DNA of 61,159 nt, counting the filler, from Candidatus Omnitrophota bacterium (GTDB taxonomy: Bacteria; Omnitrophota; Gorgyraeia; JAGLLT01): assembly GCA_023140385.1 (NCBI GenBank). It is 4 parts of 4 records of this genome, joined end to end, with 100 filler letters (N's around TTAATTAATTAA, not from the genome) between each part and the next. Parts side by side here need not be neighbours in the genome. Positions count along the whole stretch, not along the records: positions 5,708 to 26,007 come from JAGLLT010000039.1; 3 more parts are not named here. One strand, 5' to 3'. This document shows positions 10,841 through 20,501 of the stretch, piece after piece (the stretch's first letter is position 1; each line of letters starts with the position of its first letter). The notes under the pieces are model-generated. The model saw nothing but the letters and a program-made list of their open reading frames with translations, ran no database searches and was not told the origin of the DNA. The position numbers were made by a program, and so were the translations under genes.

Positions 10841-11882
10841 TCCTTACGGAATAGGCGATGTTCTTTTTACTACGCCCCTTTTAAGTAATTTGCGCAGAGT
10901 CTATCCGGATGTTTTTTTAGCTGTCCTCCTGGGTTCAAGGACAAAGGAGGTATTGGACAATAATAGTGATGTCAATAAAATTTACGTTTTTGATAAAGGA
11001 AAATTTGATTCCCTGAGACGCGTAAAGGCTTTCAGGATACTCTATGATTTAATAAAGGAACTGCGCAAAGAACACTTCGACCTTTTGATTGACCTTTCCA
11101 ATTCAAGCCAGTATGGTTTTATTGAAAAGTTTCTTTTAAGGATTCCCCGGCGAGTAGGGTTTGATTACAGAAAGAGAGGTAGGTTTCTGACGGATAGAAT
11201 AGAACTCAAAGGTTACCGGGAGAGGCATGTAGCCGAGCACTATCTGGATCTGATAAGGCACCTGGGTATAAGTGTTTGGCCGGAGAAGCTAAAATTTCCT
11301 GTTAACGCCGCCGCTCTTAATTGGGCAAAGAGTTTTTTAAAAGGTAGGGGAGTTAAGCCGGATGACCTGTTAATAGGTGTTGTGCCCGGCGGCGGTTCAA
11401 GTTGGGCAAAAGATGCCGCTTATAAGCGGTGGCCGGCGGAAAAATTTTCAGGAATCGCGGATAAGTTAATTGATGAGTTAAGAGCGAAGGTAATTATTAT
11501 GGGGGATAGTTCAGAAAATGAACTGTGCCGTGAGGTCGCGGGTTTAATGAGGAACAAAGCTTTCTCTGCCTGCGGAGAAACAACACTACCCGAGTTCGCC
11601 GCTTTGTGCGGGTTAAGCAGGCTTATTATATGCAACGATGGCGGCCCTCTTCACGTAGCAGTGAGCCGGGGGGTGCCGACAGTTTCTCTTTTCGGGCCCG
11701 TTGACGAAAGGATTTATGGGCCTTATCCCGATGAGGCAAAGAATTGCGTTGTCAAAAAAAACCTTAATTGCCGTCCATGCTATAATGATTTCAGGTTTAA
11801 AGCCTGTCCGGGTAAAGACTGCCTCAGATTGATAGGCGTAGATGAGGTTTATGAGAAGGTAAAGCTTGCCTTAGAACGTTAA
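10803..11882 (+). CDS. GT9 heptosyltransferase-like
   Basis: GIGDVLF, KRWP, NDGGPLHVA, LFGP motifs. Confidence 0.88.
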   Translation: MPRKKLKRVLVVNPYGIGDVLFTTPLLSNLRRVYPDVFLAVLLGSRTKEVLDNNSDVNKIYVFDKGKFDSLRRVKAFRILYDLIKELRKEHFDLLIDLSNSSQYGFIEKFLLRIPRRVGFDYRKRGRFLTDRIELKGYRERHVAEHYLDLIRHLGISVWPEKLKFPVNAAALNWAKSFLKGRGVKPDDLLIGVVPGGGSSWAKDAAYKRWPAEKFSGIADKLIDELRAKVIIMGDSSENELCREVAGLMRNKAFSACGETTLPEFAALCGLSRLIICNDGGPLHVAVSRGVPTVSLFGPVDERIYGPYPDEAKNCVVKKNLNCRPCYNDFRFKACPGKDCLRLIGVDEVYEKVKLALER

Positions 11883-11941
11883 GGTTTTCTATCATGACTA
11901 TAAAAGCTTTTTTACAATTATTTAAAAGCCCTTATAGTTAA

Positions 11942-11970
11942 TTGACAGAAATCAGGCTATATGATAAAAT
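11942..11970 (+). promoter_or_regulatory. Sigma70-type promoter (TTGACA-17-TAAAAT, extended -10)
   Basis: TTGACA 11942-47, TG 11962-63, TAAAAT 11965-70; ATG follows 8 nt later. Confidence 0.7.
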
Positions 11971-11978
11971 AACCTACA

Positions 11979-12962
11979 ATGAATAAACTAATAAAAATTA
12001 TTTCCCAATTTAAGAAGTCCAGAATACTTGTTCTTGGAGACGTGATACTGGATGAGTTTATCTGGGGGGCGGTTGACCGCATATCCCCTGAGGCGCCGGT
12101 GCCGGTAGTTAAGGTTAACTCACAGTCCTTTATGCCCGGAGGCGCCAGCAACGTGGCCAATAACGCGCGATCTCTTGGAGCAAAAGTTTACATAGCCGGC
12201 GTGGTTGGTAATGACCTATACGGTAATATATTATCGAGACAGCTTGAGGATAAAGGCATTAACGTAGACGGATTGATGGTGGATGAGGGGCGTCCGACGA
12301 CTTTAAAAACCCGCGTTATAGCTCATAGCCAGCAGGTTGTCAGGATTGACAGAGAGGATGAGGCTCATATAGGCAGTGGGATATTGAAGCAGATACTGCT
12401 TTACGTTAAGGCAAAGATTAAAGATGTGGACGCGATTTTGATTGAAGACTATGGTAAAGGTGTGATTATGCCGAAACTGCTTAATGGTATTCTGAACCTG
12501 GCAAAAAGCGGCAAGAAAATCATTACCGTTGATCCTAAGGAGAAACATTTTTCTTATTATAAGATGGTGACAGCTATAACGCCGAATAAGCATGAGCTGG
12601 AGAAGGCCAGCGGTATCAAAATAAAAGATACGCCTCAGTTAGAAAAGGCCGCCTTTAAACTGCTTAAGAAGTTGAAGCTTAGTTCGATTTTAGTAACGCT
12701 GGGGGAAGGCGGGATGTGCCTTTTTGAAAAAAACGGCAAAATCAGCCGTATTCCCACAATGGCTCAGGAAGTTTTCGATGTTTCCGGTGCCGGAGATACC
12801 GTTATATCAGCCTTTACGTTATCAATTGCCAGCGGGGCGACACATGAAGAAGCGGCCTTTATTTCGAATTGCGCGGCCGGTGTGGTGGTGGGTAAGGTGG
12901 GTGTTGCTGTTTGCGCTCAAAGCGAGCTAAGAAAAAAAATAATTAGTGAAGGCAAAAAATAA
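11979..12962 (+). CDS. rfaE1: D-glycero-beta-D-manno-heptose-7-phosphate kinase (stand-alone HldE kinase domain)
   Basis: RISPEAPVPV, GGASNVA, DYGKG, DVSGAGDT motifs. Confidence 0.93.
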   Translation: MNKLIKIISQFKKSRILVLGDVILDEFIWGAVDRISPEAPVPVVKVNSQSFMPGGASNVANNARSLGAKVYIAGVVGNDLYGNILSRQLEDKGINVDGLMVDEGRPTTLKTRVIAHSQQVVRIDREDEAHIGSGILKQILLYVKAKIKDVDAILIEDYGKGVIMPKLLNGILNLAKSGKKIITVDPKEKHFSYYKMVTAITPNKHELEKASGIKIKDTPQLEKAAFKLLKKLKLSSILVTLGEGGMCLFEKNGKISRIPTMAQEVFDVSGAGDTVISAFTLSIASGATHEEAAFISNCAAGVVVGKVGVAVCAQSELRKKIISEGKK

Positions 12963-12966
12963 TAAT

Positions 12967-13698
12967 ATGTTAGCTACGGGAATTATACCTGCCAGGTTTG
13001 ATTCAAAGCGTTTTAGAGGTAAGGTCTTGGAAAAGATTCAGGGCAAACCCTTAATCTGGTATGTTTATAACCAGGCGATGCAGGCAAAGATGTTAGATAA
13101 GGTGATTATAGCCACCGACAGTAAAAAGATTAAAAAGGCGGCTGAAGGTTTTGGAGCTGAGGTTGTTATGACCTCATCCCGGGCTGTTACAGGTACAGAC
13201 AGGATCGCGGAGGTTTCGCAGTCGCTCAACTCCGACTTAATTATAAATATTCAGGGGGATGAACCTCTGATAAACCCTAAGCTTATTGACAGGCTTGTTC
13301 AGGTCTTATATAACGACGTTTCCCTGCGCGTCGCGACGGCGGCTTACAGGGCAAAGAACTGTTGTGAGCTTGAGCATCACAATGTGGTTAAAGTTGTGAA
13401 AAATGAAGATGATTTTGCTTTATACTTCTCACGCTCACTTATTCCTTACCCCAGATCTGATGAGGATTTTTTCTGTTTTAAGCACCTGGGAATTTATGCC
13501 TATCGCCGCTTGTTCTTACTGACTTTTGCCACTCTGGCTCCTTCTCAGCTGGAAAAAATTGAGGGACTTGAGCAACTGAGGGTTCTGGAATATGGCTATA
13601 GGATAAAGGTGATTGAGTCAGAGTATGATTCTATAGGAGTTGATACGCCGGAAGACCTGGAAAAGGTTAAAAGGATAATGGAGGCTAAAGGTGCCTAA
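12967..13698 (+). CDS. kdsB: 3-deoxy-manno-octulosonate cytidylyltransferase
   Basis: [28 protein letters not shown] motifs; ATG 12967 preferred to GTG 12946. Confidence 0.95.
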   Translation: MLATGIIPARFDSKRFRGKVLEKIQGKPLIWYVYNQAMQAKMLDKVIIATDSKKIKKAAEGFGAEVVMTSSRAVTGTDRIAEVSQSLNSDLIINIQGDEPLINPKLIDRLVQVLYNDVSLRVATAAYRAKNCCELEHHNVVKVVKNEDDFALYFSRSLIPYPRSDEDFFCFKHLGIYAYRRLFLLTFATLAPSQLEKIEGLEQLRVLEYGYRIKVIESEYDSIGVDTPEDLEKVKRIMEAKGA

Positions 13699-15301
13699 AT
13701 ACATTTTTATAACCGGAGGAGTTGTTTCAAGCTTGGGTAAGGGTATTGCCTCGAGTTCTATCGGCAAACTGCTGGAGTCGGAAGGAATGAAAGTTACTAT
13801 TCAGAAGTTCGACCCATATCTTAATGTTGACCCGGGAACCATGAGTCCCTATCAGCACGGTGAGGTTTATGTAACCGAGGATGGAGCCGAAACCGATCTG
13901 GATCTGGGCCATTATGAAAGATTTACCAAGTCACCTATAGGAAAATTTAACAGTGTAACCAGCGGTAAAATATACAATACGGTTATTCAGAAAGAAAGAA
14001 AGGGTGAGTATCTGGGGGGTACGGTTCAGGTCATACCGCATATAACTGATGAGATAAAGCGCGCCATCAAACTGGTTTCCAGGGGTAAGCGCATTGATGT
14101 TGTAATATGCGAAATAGGAGGGACCGTAGGCGATATTGAAGGGCTTCCTTTTTTAGAGGCTATTCGCCAGTTCAGGCAGGATGTCGGCAGAGATAATGTT
14201 CTGTACATTCACTTAACTCTTATTCCTTATTTGAAAGCCGCTCAGGAGCTAAAGACAAAACCTACTCAGCACAGTGTTGGTAAACTGCGGGAAATAGGTA
14301 TTCAGCCGGATATAATATTATGCAGGACCGAGAAGAAATTAAGCAGGGAGGCCAGGGACAAGATATCTCTCTTCTGTAACGTAGACAAAGAAGCTGTTAT
14401 TGAAGCGCCTGACGTGAAGAGTATCTATGAGGTGCCGCTGGTGTTTAAGAAAGGCGGCCTGGATAAAATAGTAAAAAGAAAATTATGCCTGAAGACCAGG
14501 AAAAGCAATTTAAAAGAGTGGGAGGATAAAGTAGTCAGGCCCGCCTTAAATCCCTCCAAAAAAGTTAGAATTGCCGTGGTGGGAAAATATATGAGCCTTC
14601 AGGATGCTTATAAATCTATCTATGAAGCGTTAAAACACGCGGGTATTGCTAATGACTGTGCCGTTGAGATTAAAAAAGTCGACTCCGGAAAACTTAAAAG
14701 AAGTACGATTGATAGACACCTGAAGGATGTAAAGGGAGTTCTTATTCCGGGAGGTTTTGGCCTGCGGGGCATAGAGGGCAAGATTGCCGCCGCCTATTAC
14801 GCGCGGACAAATAAAATACCTTTTTTTGGCATCTGCCTGGGAATGCAGTGCGCCGTTATAGAGTTTGCCAGAAATGTGTGCCTGTTAAAAGGGGCTAACT
14901 CAACGGAGTTTAACAAAGCCGCTAAGTATCCCGTTATAAGCCTTTTGGAGGAGCAGAAGAAGATAAAAAAAATGGGCGGTACTATGCGCTTAGGGGCTTA
15001 TTCGTGCACCCTGAAAAAAAATAGCCTTAGCTATAAGGCCTACAAAAAAAAGTTGATTTATGAAAGGCACCGCCATCGTTACGAGTTTAATAATAAGTTT
15101 ATGAAAGTGATGAAAAAAAACGGCCTGATTATAGCGGGTCTCCATAAAAGTAGAGGGTTGGTGGAAATTGTAGAGTTAAAGGGGCATCCCTGGTATGTAG
15201 CTTCACAATTTCATCCTGAATTTAAGTCAAAGCCCGACAGGGCGCATCCTCTTTTTGTTGATTTTATCAAAGGAGCTATTAAGTTGAATGAAAAAGGTTA
15301 A
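13691..15301 (+). CDS. pyrG: CTP synthase
   Basis: [33 protein letters not shown] motifs. Confidence 0.98.
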   Translation: MPKYIFITGGVVSSLGKGIASSSIGKLLESEGMKVTIQKFDPYLNVDPGTMSPYQHGEVYVTEDGAETDLDLGHYERFTKSPIGKFNSVTSGKIYNTVIQKERKGEYLGGTVQVIPHITDEIKRAIKLVSRGKRIDVVICEIGGTVGDIEGLPFLEAIRQFRQDVGRDNVLYIHLTLIPYLKAAQELKTKPTQHSVGKLREIGIQPDIILCRTEKKLSREARDKISLFCNVDKEAVIEAPDVKSIYEVPLVFKKGGLDKIVKRKLCLKTRKSNLKEWEDKVVRPALNPSKKVRIAVVGKYMSLQDAYKSIYEALKHAGIANDCAVEIKKVDSGKLKRSTIDRHLKDVKGVLIPGGFGLRGIEGKIAAAYYARTNKIPFFGICLGMQCAVIEFARNVCLLKGANSTEFNKAAKYPVISLLEEQKKIKKMGGTMRLGAYSCTLKKNSLSYKAYKKKLIYERHRHRYEFNNKFMKVMKKNGLIIAGLHKSRGLVEIVELKGHPWYVASQFHPEFKSKPDRAHPLFVDFIKGAIKLNEKG

Positions 15302-16127
15302 AGTTGAGAGAGATGTGGATATCGGCAGTTTCAAAGTAGGCGGCGGCAATCCTTTTTTTGTTATAGCCGGCCCCTGCGTTATTGAGTCAGAGAAGACTGT
15401 TCTTACGCACGCTGAGGCAATAAAGAAAATTACTGATGAACTTAAGATACCATGCATTTTTAAATCCAGTTATGATAAAGCAAATAGAACGTCACTTTAC
15501 TCATACAGAGGCCCGGGTATTAAGAAGGGCCTGAGAATACTAAAAAAAGTAAAAACTGAATTTGGCCTTCCCGTCTTAAGCGATGTTCATACAAAAGAAG
15601 AGATAAAGGAGGCTCAATCCGTACTGGATATTATACAGATTCCGGCCTTACTTTCCAGACAGACGGATCTGATAGTAGAGGCGGCGAAAACCAAGAAACC
15701 GGTTAATGTAAAAAAAGGACAGTTTCTATCACCCAGAGATATGATTAATGTAATTCAAAAAATAACTTCTTGCGGCAACCACAAGATACTGCTTACGGAA
15801 AGAGGAAACATATTCGGCTATAATAGCCTCGTAAGCGATATGCGCTCGATTCCCATTATGAAAAGCTTTGGGTATCCCGTTGTTTTTGACGCCAGCCACA
15901 GCGTGCAAACACCTGGAGGTAAAGGTGATAAATCGGCCGGTGAGAGTTTATTTATACCTTGCCTGGCAAAGGCCGCGGCAGCGGCCGGGGCAGACGGCAT
16001 TTTTATGGAAGTACACCTCAATCCGGCTAAAGCGCTTTGTGACGGCACGAATATGTTAAAGCTGAATAAGTTAAAGAAGCTTCTCGTTATACTTAAAGAG
16101 ATTAATGAAATAGTAAAAAGCAGGTAA
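15288..16127 (+). CDS. kdsA: KDO-8-phosphate synthase
   Basis: [27 protein letters not shown] motifs. Confidence 0.96.
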   Translation: MKKVKVERDVDIGSFKVGGGNPFFVIAGPCVIESEKTVLTHAEAIKKITDELKIPCIFKSSYDKANRTSLYSYRGPGIKKGLRILKKVKTEFGLPVLSDVHTKEEIKEAQSVLDIIQIPALLSRQTDLIVEAAKTKKPVNVKKGQFLSPRDMINVIQKITSCGNHKILLTERGNIFGYNSLVSDMRSIPIMKSFGYPVVFDASHSVQTPGGKGDKSAGESLFIPCLAKAAAAAGADGIFMEVHLNPAKALCDGTNMLKLNKLKKLLVILKEINEIVKSR

Positions 16128-16133
16128 TCAACT

Positions 16134-17093
16134 ATGTCTATAAAAAGAGCCAGAGAGGTTTTGAGATTAGAGGCCGAAGGCATAAGTAACTTAATCCCGA
16201 GAATCGATAAAAATTTTATTAAGGCGGCAAATCTGCTTAATGTCTGTGAGCGCATGATTATTGTAACCGGGATGGGCAAGCCGGGCATAATTGCCCAGAA
16301 AATTTCGGCAACCCTGGCTTCTTTAGGTATATCCAGCCTTTTTTTGCACCCGGCTGACGCTATTCACGGCGATCTGGGTAGAGTTGTTAAGGATGATGTG
16401 GTAGTTGTTTTGTCAAACAGCGGCCAGACCGAGGAGATACTGAAACTGCTTTCAACCATAAAAAAGATAGGGGCCAGGCTAATTACCCTGACCGGTAACA
16501 TAAAATCTGAGCTTGCCCGGAACAGCGACGTAGTTTTAGATGTCAGCGTGAAAAAGGAAGCCTGTCCTCTGGGATTGGCGCCTACCGCCTCAACAACGGC
16601 TATGCTGGCCATGGGCGACGCTTTGGCAATGGTTTTGGTGGATATGAAGGGTTTAAAAAAAGAGGACTTTGCCTTCTATCATCCCGGGGGGTCCCTGGGG
16701 AAAAAACTGCTTCTTAAAGTTGAGGATATTATGAGAAAAGGCAGGCAAAACCCCGTGGTCAAAGAAGACGCCGTAATCAAAGATGTCCTTCTGGTTATTA
16801 CCGGCTCTAAGGCCGGTTCAGCTTTGGTAGTGGATACGAAGGGAAAACTGGCGGGTATTTTTACGGATGGTGATTTAAGAAGACATCTGGAGTCGGATAC
16901 CGACTTAACCTCCAAGAGAGTTTCGGAAGTTATGACGAAGAATCCGATTGTTATCAAAAAGGGCAGGCTTGCCCAGGAGGCTCTGAGCGTCCTGAGGCAA
17001 AAGAAGATTGATGAAGTGCCGGTGGTTGACGATAAAGGCCGGCCGGCCGGCCTGATTGACGTTCAGGATTTACTGAAAGCCGGATTAGTATGA
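16134..17093 (+). CDS. kdsD: Arabinose-5-phosphate isomerase (KpsF/GutQ family, SIS + 2 CBS)
   Basis: GMGK, HGDLG, EACPLGLAPTAST, HPGGSLG, TDGDLRR. Confidence 0.95.
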   Translation: MSIKRAREVLRLEAEGISNLIPRIDKNFIKAANLLNVCERMIIVTGMGKPGIIAQKISATLASLGISSLFLHPADAIHGDLGRVVKDDVVVVLSNSGQTEEILKLLSTIKKIGARLITLTGNIKSELARNSDVVLDVSVKKEACPLGLAPTASTTAMLAMGDALAMVLVDMKGLKKEDFAFYHPGGSLGKKLLLKVEDIMRKGRQNPVVKEDAVIKDVLLVITGSKAGSALVVDTKGKLAGIFTDGDLRRHLESDTDLTSKRVSEVMTKNPIVIKKGRLAQEALSVLRQKKIDEVPVVDDKGRPAGLIDVQDLLKAGLV

Positions 17094-17629
17094 AAGAAGT
17101 GAGTCGGGAGTTAAAAGATAAGATTAAGAAAATAAAACTGTTAGTGCTGGATGTTGACGGTGTTCTGACAGACGGTAAAATAATTTACTTAAGCCCCCCC
17201 CAAAGTGACTCCAAAGCGTTTGACGTTAAAGACGGCTTTGGGATGACCTTGCTTTACAGAGCCGGCATCCGGACAGTTCTTTTAACCGCCCGCGCCTCAA
17301 GGACCATAAAACGCCGGGCAAAGGATATGCATGTCGCGAGAGTCTATCAGAATGCTTTTGATAAACTTTCCGTCTATGAGAAAATTATAAATGAGTTTAG
17401 TGTTTTAAGTGAGGAGGTTTGTTTTGTAGGGGATGATTTGATAGACCTGCCGGTTTTAAGCAGGGTGGGTTTTTCGGTTTGCCCCGCCTGCGCGGTAAAT
17501 GATTTAAAGAGCAGAGTTGATTACATAACTTCCAGGCCGGGAGGCTTCGGAGCGGTGCGTGAAATAGCGGATTTAATATTAAAAGTACAGGGTAAATGGG
17601 CTCAGGTAACTGCCAAATACTACGGATAG
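17090..17629 (+). CDS. kdsC: KDO-8-phosphate phosphatase
   Basis: DVDGVLTDG, GDDLID, GGFGAVRE motifs. Confidence 0.93.
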   Translation: MKEVSRELKDKIKKIKLLVLDVDGVLTDGKIIYLSPPQSDSKAFDVKDGFGMTLLYRAGIRTVLLTARASRTIKRRAKDMHVARVYQNAFDKLSVYEKIINEFSVLSEEVCFVGDDLIDLPVLSRVGFSVCPACAVNDLKSRVDYITSRPGGFGAVREIADLILKVQGKWAQVTAKYYG

Positions 17630-17637
17630 AGTGGAAA

Positions 17638-18525
17638 ATGACTAAGTTAATCTTTCTTATTTTATTTATACTTTTTTTAAGCGGTTGTTCCGGAGGGCGA
17701 AAGGCTGATGCTCCAAGTATGTCGGATGGTGATGCCGCGGCAACTGATTCAGCGTTAAATGACGCGGCTCAGCAGAAAATTTCAACATTTTCTCTCTCGG
17801 GTACGGAGAAAGGCCTTAAAAAGTGGGATATTGAGGGTGAGTCGGCCGATTTATTAAGTTCTGATATTGTTCAATTATCGAACGTAAAGGGCAAGAGTTA
17901 CAATGAGGACAATGTAGTTACTGTTACAGCGGAGAAAGGTAAGCTTGATCAAAAAACGAAAGACATGGAGTTGAGCAAAAACGTTGTAGCTGTAACCGAG
18001 GATGGGGCGAGGCTGACTACCGAACGCCTCAACTGGAATGCCGGGGAAGAACATGTTTGGAGCAAGGAATTTGTTGAAATTGAAAAAGACGACATTAAAG
18101 CAAGCGGCACCGGCATCTCAGGCCATCCGAATCTGGAGAAAATGAAATTTAAGCGGGATGTAAAAATAGAGATAGCTCCCGCGACGATTGTAACCTGCGA
18201 CGGGACGCTTCGGATAAATTATAAAGAAAACGTTGCTTATTTAAACGATAATGTCCGCGTAAAGGATGAACGCGGCGAACTTATGGCGGACAAAGCCTGC
18301 GTTTTTTTTGATAAAGATAAGAAGGCAATTAAAAAGGTGATAGCAGAAGGAAATGTGAAAATTAAGAGGGGAGAAAATATTACCTATAGCAGTGAAGCTA
18401 TTTATTATGCCGATGAAGGCAGGGTGGTATTAAAGGGCAGGCCGAAACTTGTGATATATACTATGGATGAGATAAAGGATAAGGATGGAGTTAATACAAA
18501 CAAAAAATCTAATAAAGGCTTATAG
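17638..18525 (+). CDS. LptC-LptA(OstA)-like fusion lipoprotein of LPS export
   Basis: Lies between kdsC and lptB; lipobox LSGC; LptC-like half (LTTERLNW) plus OstA-like half (AEGNVKI, LKGRPK). Confidence 0.75.
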   Translation: MTKLIFLILFILFLSGCSGGRKADAPSMSDGDAAATDSALNDAAQQKISTFSLSGTEKGLKKWDIEGESADLLSSDIVQLSNVKGKSYNEDNVVTVTAEKGKLDQKTKDMELSKNVVAVTEDGARLTTERLNWNAGEEHVWSKEFVEIEKDDIKASGTGISGHPNLEKMKFKRDVKIEIAPATIVTCDGTLRINYKENVAYLNDNVRVKDERGELMADKACVFFDKDKKAIKKVIAEGNVKIKRGENITYSSEAIYYADEGRVVLKGRPKLVIYTMDEIKDKDGVNTNKKSNKGL

Positions 18526-19207
18526 CGGCAGACGGGTTGTCGATGAAGTCAATATTGAGATCCGCAGAGGAGAGATAGTTGGTTTGCTGGGGCCTAACGG
18601 GGCAGGTAAGACCACTACCTTCTATATGCTGGTAGGTTTAATTAATCCTGACAAAGGAGGAGTTTTTTTTGGCAGCCGCGAGATAACTAAACTGCCTATG
18701 TATAAAAGGGCGCGTTTTGGAATTGGCTATCTATCACAGGAAACATCGGTTTTTCGCAAGTTAACGGTAGAGGAAAACATTATGGCTGTGCTGGAGACTA
18801 TGCGTATAGCGAGAAAGGAAAGAAAGAAAAGACTGCGAACCCTATTGGAGGAATTGAACATAGTCCATCTGGCCAAAAACCGGGCCTGCACGCTTTCCGG
18901 GGGAGAAAGAAGAAGGCTTGAGATTACCAGGGCGCTGGTCTCGAATCCCGCTTTTATTCTATTGGATGAGCCATTTTCCGGCGTTGATCCGATAGCTGTT
19001 TTTGAGGTACAGCAGATAATTACCCAGTTGAGAGATAGGGGCCTGGGCATATTGCTGACGGATCATAGTGTTCGGGAGACTCTCGCGATTACTGACAGGT
19101 CGTATATAATGGCTGAAGGCAAAATATTAATATCCGGCACAAGCGAGGAGTTAATCAACGACGCTAAAGCCAGGCAGATTTATTTAGGTGAGAAGTTTAG
19201 TATGTAA
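18485..19207 (+). CDS. lptB: LPS export ABC transporter ATP-binding protein
   Basis: [34 protein letters not shown] motifs. Confidence 0.96.
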   Translation: MELIQTKNLIKAYSGRRVVDEVNIEIRRGEIVGLLGPNGAGKTTTFYMLVGLINPDKGGVFFGSREITKLPMYKRARFGIGYLSQETSVFRKLTVEENIMAVLETMRIARKERKKRLRTLLEELNIVHLAKNRACTLSGGERRRLEITRALVSNPAFILLDEPFSGVDPIAVFEVQQIITQLRDRGLGILLTDHSVRETLAITDRSYIMAEGKILISGTSEELINDAKARQIYLGEKFSM

Positions 19208-19318
19208 GTGAGACCCAGACTTATGGAGCGAAGCGAGCATAAGTCTGTTAGTCGAACTTATCCCGCCACGGCGGGATTAATTCAGGCTTATCCCGAAGCT
19301 TCGGGATGCCCTCATTAA
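19208..19318 (+). repeat. Palindromic repeat cluster, copy B (three hairpins, TTAATT, ends CTCATTAA)
   Basis: CAGACTTATG...CATAAGTCTG; TCCCGCCACGGCGGGA (identical to copy A); ATCCCGAAGCTTCGGGAT; CTCATTAA-GGAG. Confidence 0.85.
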
Positions 19319-19331
19319 GGAGATTTAAGTT

Positions 19332-19850
19332 ATGCAGATTACTATTACGGGCAGGCATTTTGATGTTACAGAACCCATAAAGAAACATATTATGGAAAAG
19401 AGTGAAAGATTTAGCCGTTATTTAAAAAATATAGTTAATATTCACGTAATTTTAACCGTAGAGAACGTACGGCATATAGCTGAAATTGTAATGACAGCCG
19501 CCGACACAAAATTTTTGTCAAAAGAAGAAACAATGGATATGTACGCTTCAGTAGATAACGCTGTAGATAAAATTGAACACCAGCTAAAGGAGTATAAGGA
19601 GCGCCATAAGAGCCATAGAACGAAGCTTAAAGAGGAAGGTTTGGAATCAGATGACCTGAGGGTGGATGATGCTCCCGTGATTGTGAAGGATACGCGTTTT
19701 TTAGATAAACCTATGAGCCCGGAAGAAGCAATTATGGAGCTGGAGCTGGAGGAATTTGGTTTTTTTGTGTTTAAAGATATGAATGAAGGCGATAAGGTAA
19801 AGATTATTTACAAGAAAAAGGATAAAAGTTACGGCCTTATTGATACTTAA
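19332..19850 (+). CDS. hpf: Ribosome hibernation promoting factor (long HPF)
   Basis: MQITITGRH, DMYASVD and C-terminal KPMSPEEAIMEL dimerisation domain. Confidence 0.93.
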   Translation: MQITITGRHFDVTEPIKKHIMEKSERFSRYLKNIVNIHVILTVENVRHIAEIVMTAADTKFLSKEETMDMYASVDNAVDKIEHQLKEYKERHKSHRTKLKEEGLESDDLRVDDAPVIVKDTRFLDKPMSPEEAIMELELEEFGFFVFKDMNEGDKVKIIYKKKDKSYGLIDT

Positions 19851-19893
19851 GAGTGGGTTTAGTTTTGAATTATAACTTATACTTAGGCATTTT

Positions 19894-20026
19894 ATCCCCC
19901 CTTGTTTTCTGTCCCCGAGAAATCCAGAGGATTTCCGGGACTAAGTCCTTGAAATCGCTGTGCGATTTCTAAGGGCGAAAACACGCAGGGGGGATTAATT
20001 CGTCCCGCCATGGCGGGACTCATTAA
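19894..20026 (+). repeat. Palindromic repeat copy C with branched (multi-way junction) insert
   Basis: Outer stem ATCCCCCC..TGTTTTC / GAAAACA..GGGGGGAT enclosing two hairpins, then TTAATT, TCCCGCCATGGCGGGA, CTCATTAA-GGAG. Confidence 0.85.
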
Positions 20027-20036
20027 GGAGATGTTG

Positions 20037-20501
20037 ATGAGAATTTTGGACTTTCTGAATGACAAGGCGGTTAGCGCGAATTTAACAGCGGGTGATAAAA
20101 AAGGAGTTATCGTAGAATTAATTAAACTGTTGATGTCCGATAGTGGAGCAAAGGACAGAGAGAGTATGGTAAAAGCTTTGCTTGAAAGAGAGTCCCTGGG
20201 TTCTACCGGTATTGGGCAGTCTATAGCTATTCCGCACGCCAAATCCGATAAAGTTAGAAAGATGATAGGCGCTATAGGTATATCGAAAAAGGGTATTGAT
20301 TTTGACGCTTTGGACGGGGAGCCTGTCTTCATATTTTTTCTCTTGTTAGCTCCTATGGATTCGGCTGGCCCGCATCTGAAGGCCCTGGCCAGAATTTCCC
20401 GACTATTAAGAAATAAATACTTTCGCGACTCCTTAAAGAACGCGTCTGATGAAAAGACACTCTTAAAAATAATAAAGCAAGAAGATGAAGCGAGGGATTA
20501 A
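20037..20501 (+). CDS. ptsN: PTS EIIA (fructose/nitrogen-regulatory type)
   Basis: RESLGSTGIG..IAIPHAK, HLKALARISR; start ATG 20037 after AAGGAG. Confidence 0.88.
   Translation: MRILDFLNDKAVSANLTAGDKKGVIVELIKLLMSDSGAKDRESMVKALLERESLGSTGIGQSIAIPHAKSDKVRKMIGAIGISKKGIDFDALDGEPVFIFFLLLAPMDSAGPHLKALARISRLLRNKYFRDSLKNASDEKTLLKIIKQEDEARD

Noticed and set aside
19208..20026. Possible CRISPR array from recurring palindromes
   Set aside because: No regularly spaced identical repeats with unique spacers and no cas genes
20010..20036. Longer N-termini from the ORF track (ptsN at 20010, lptC/A at 17596, metK at 25574, ribH at 37968)
   Set aside because: These starts lie inside a repeat or the upstream gene; downstream starts fit the RBS and family N-termini better
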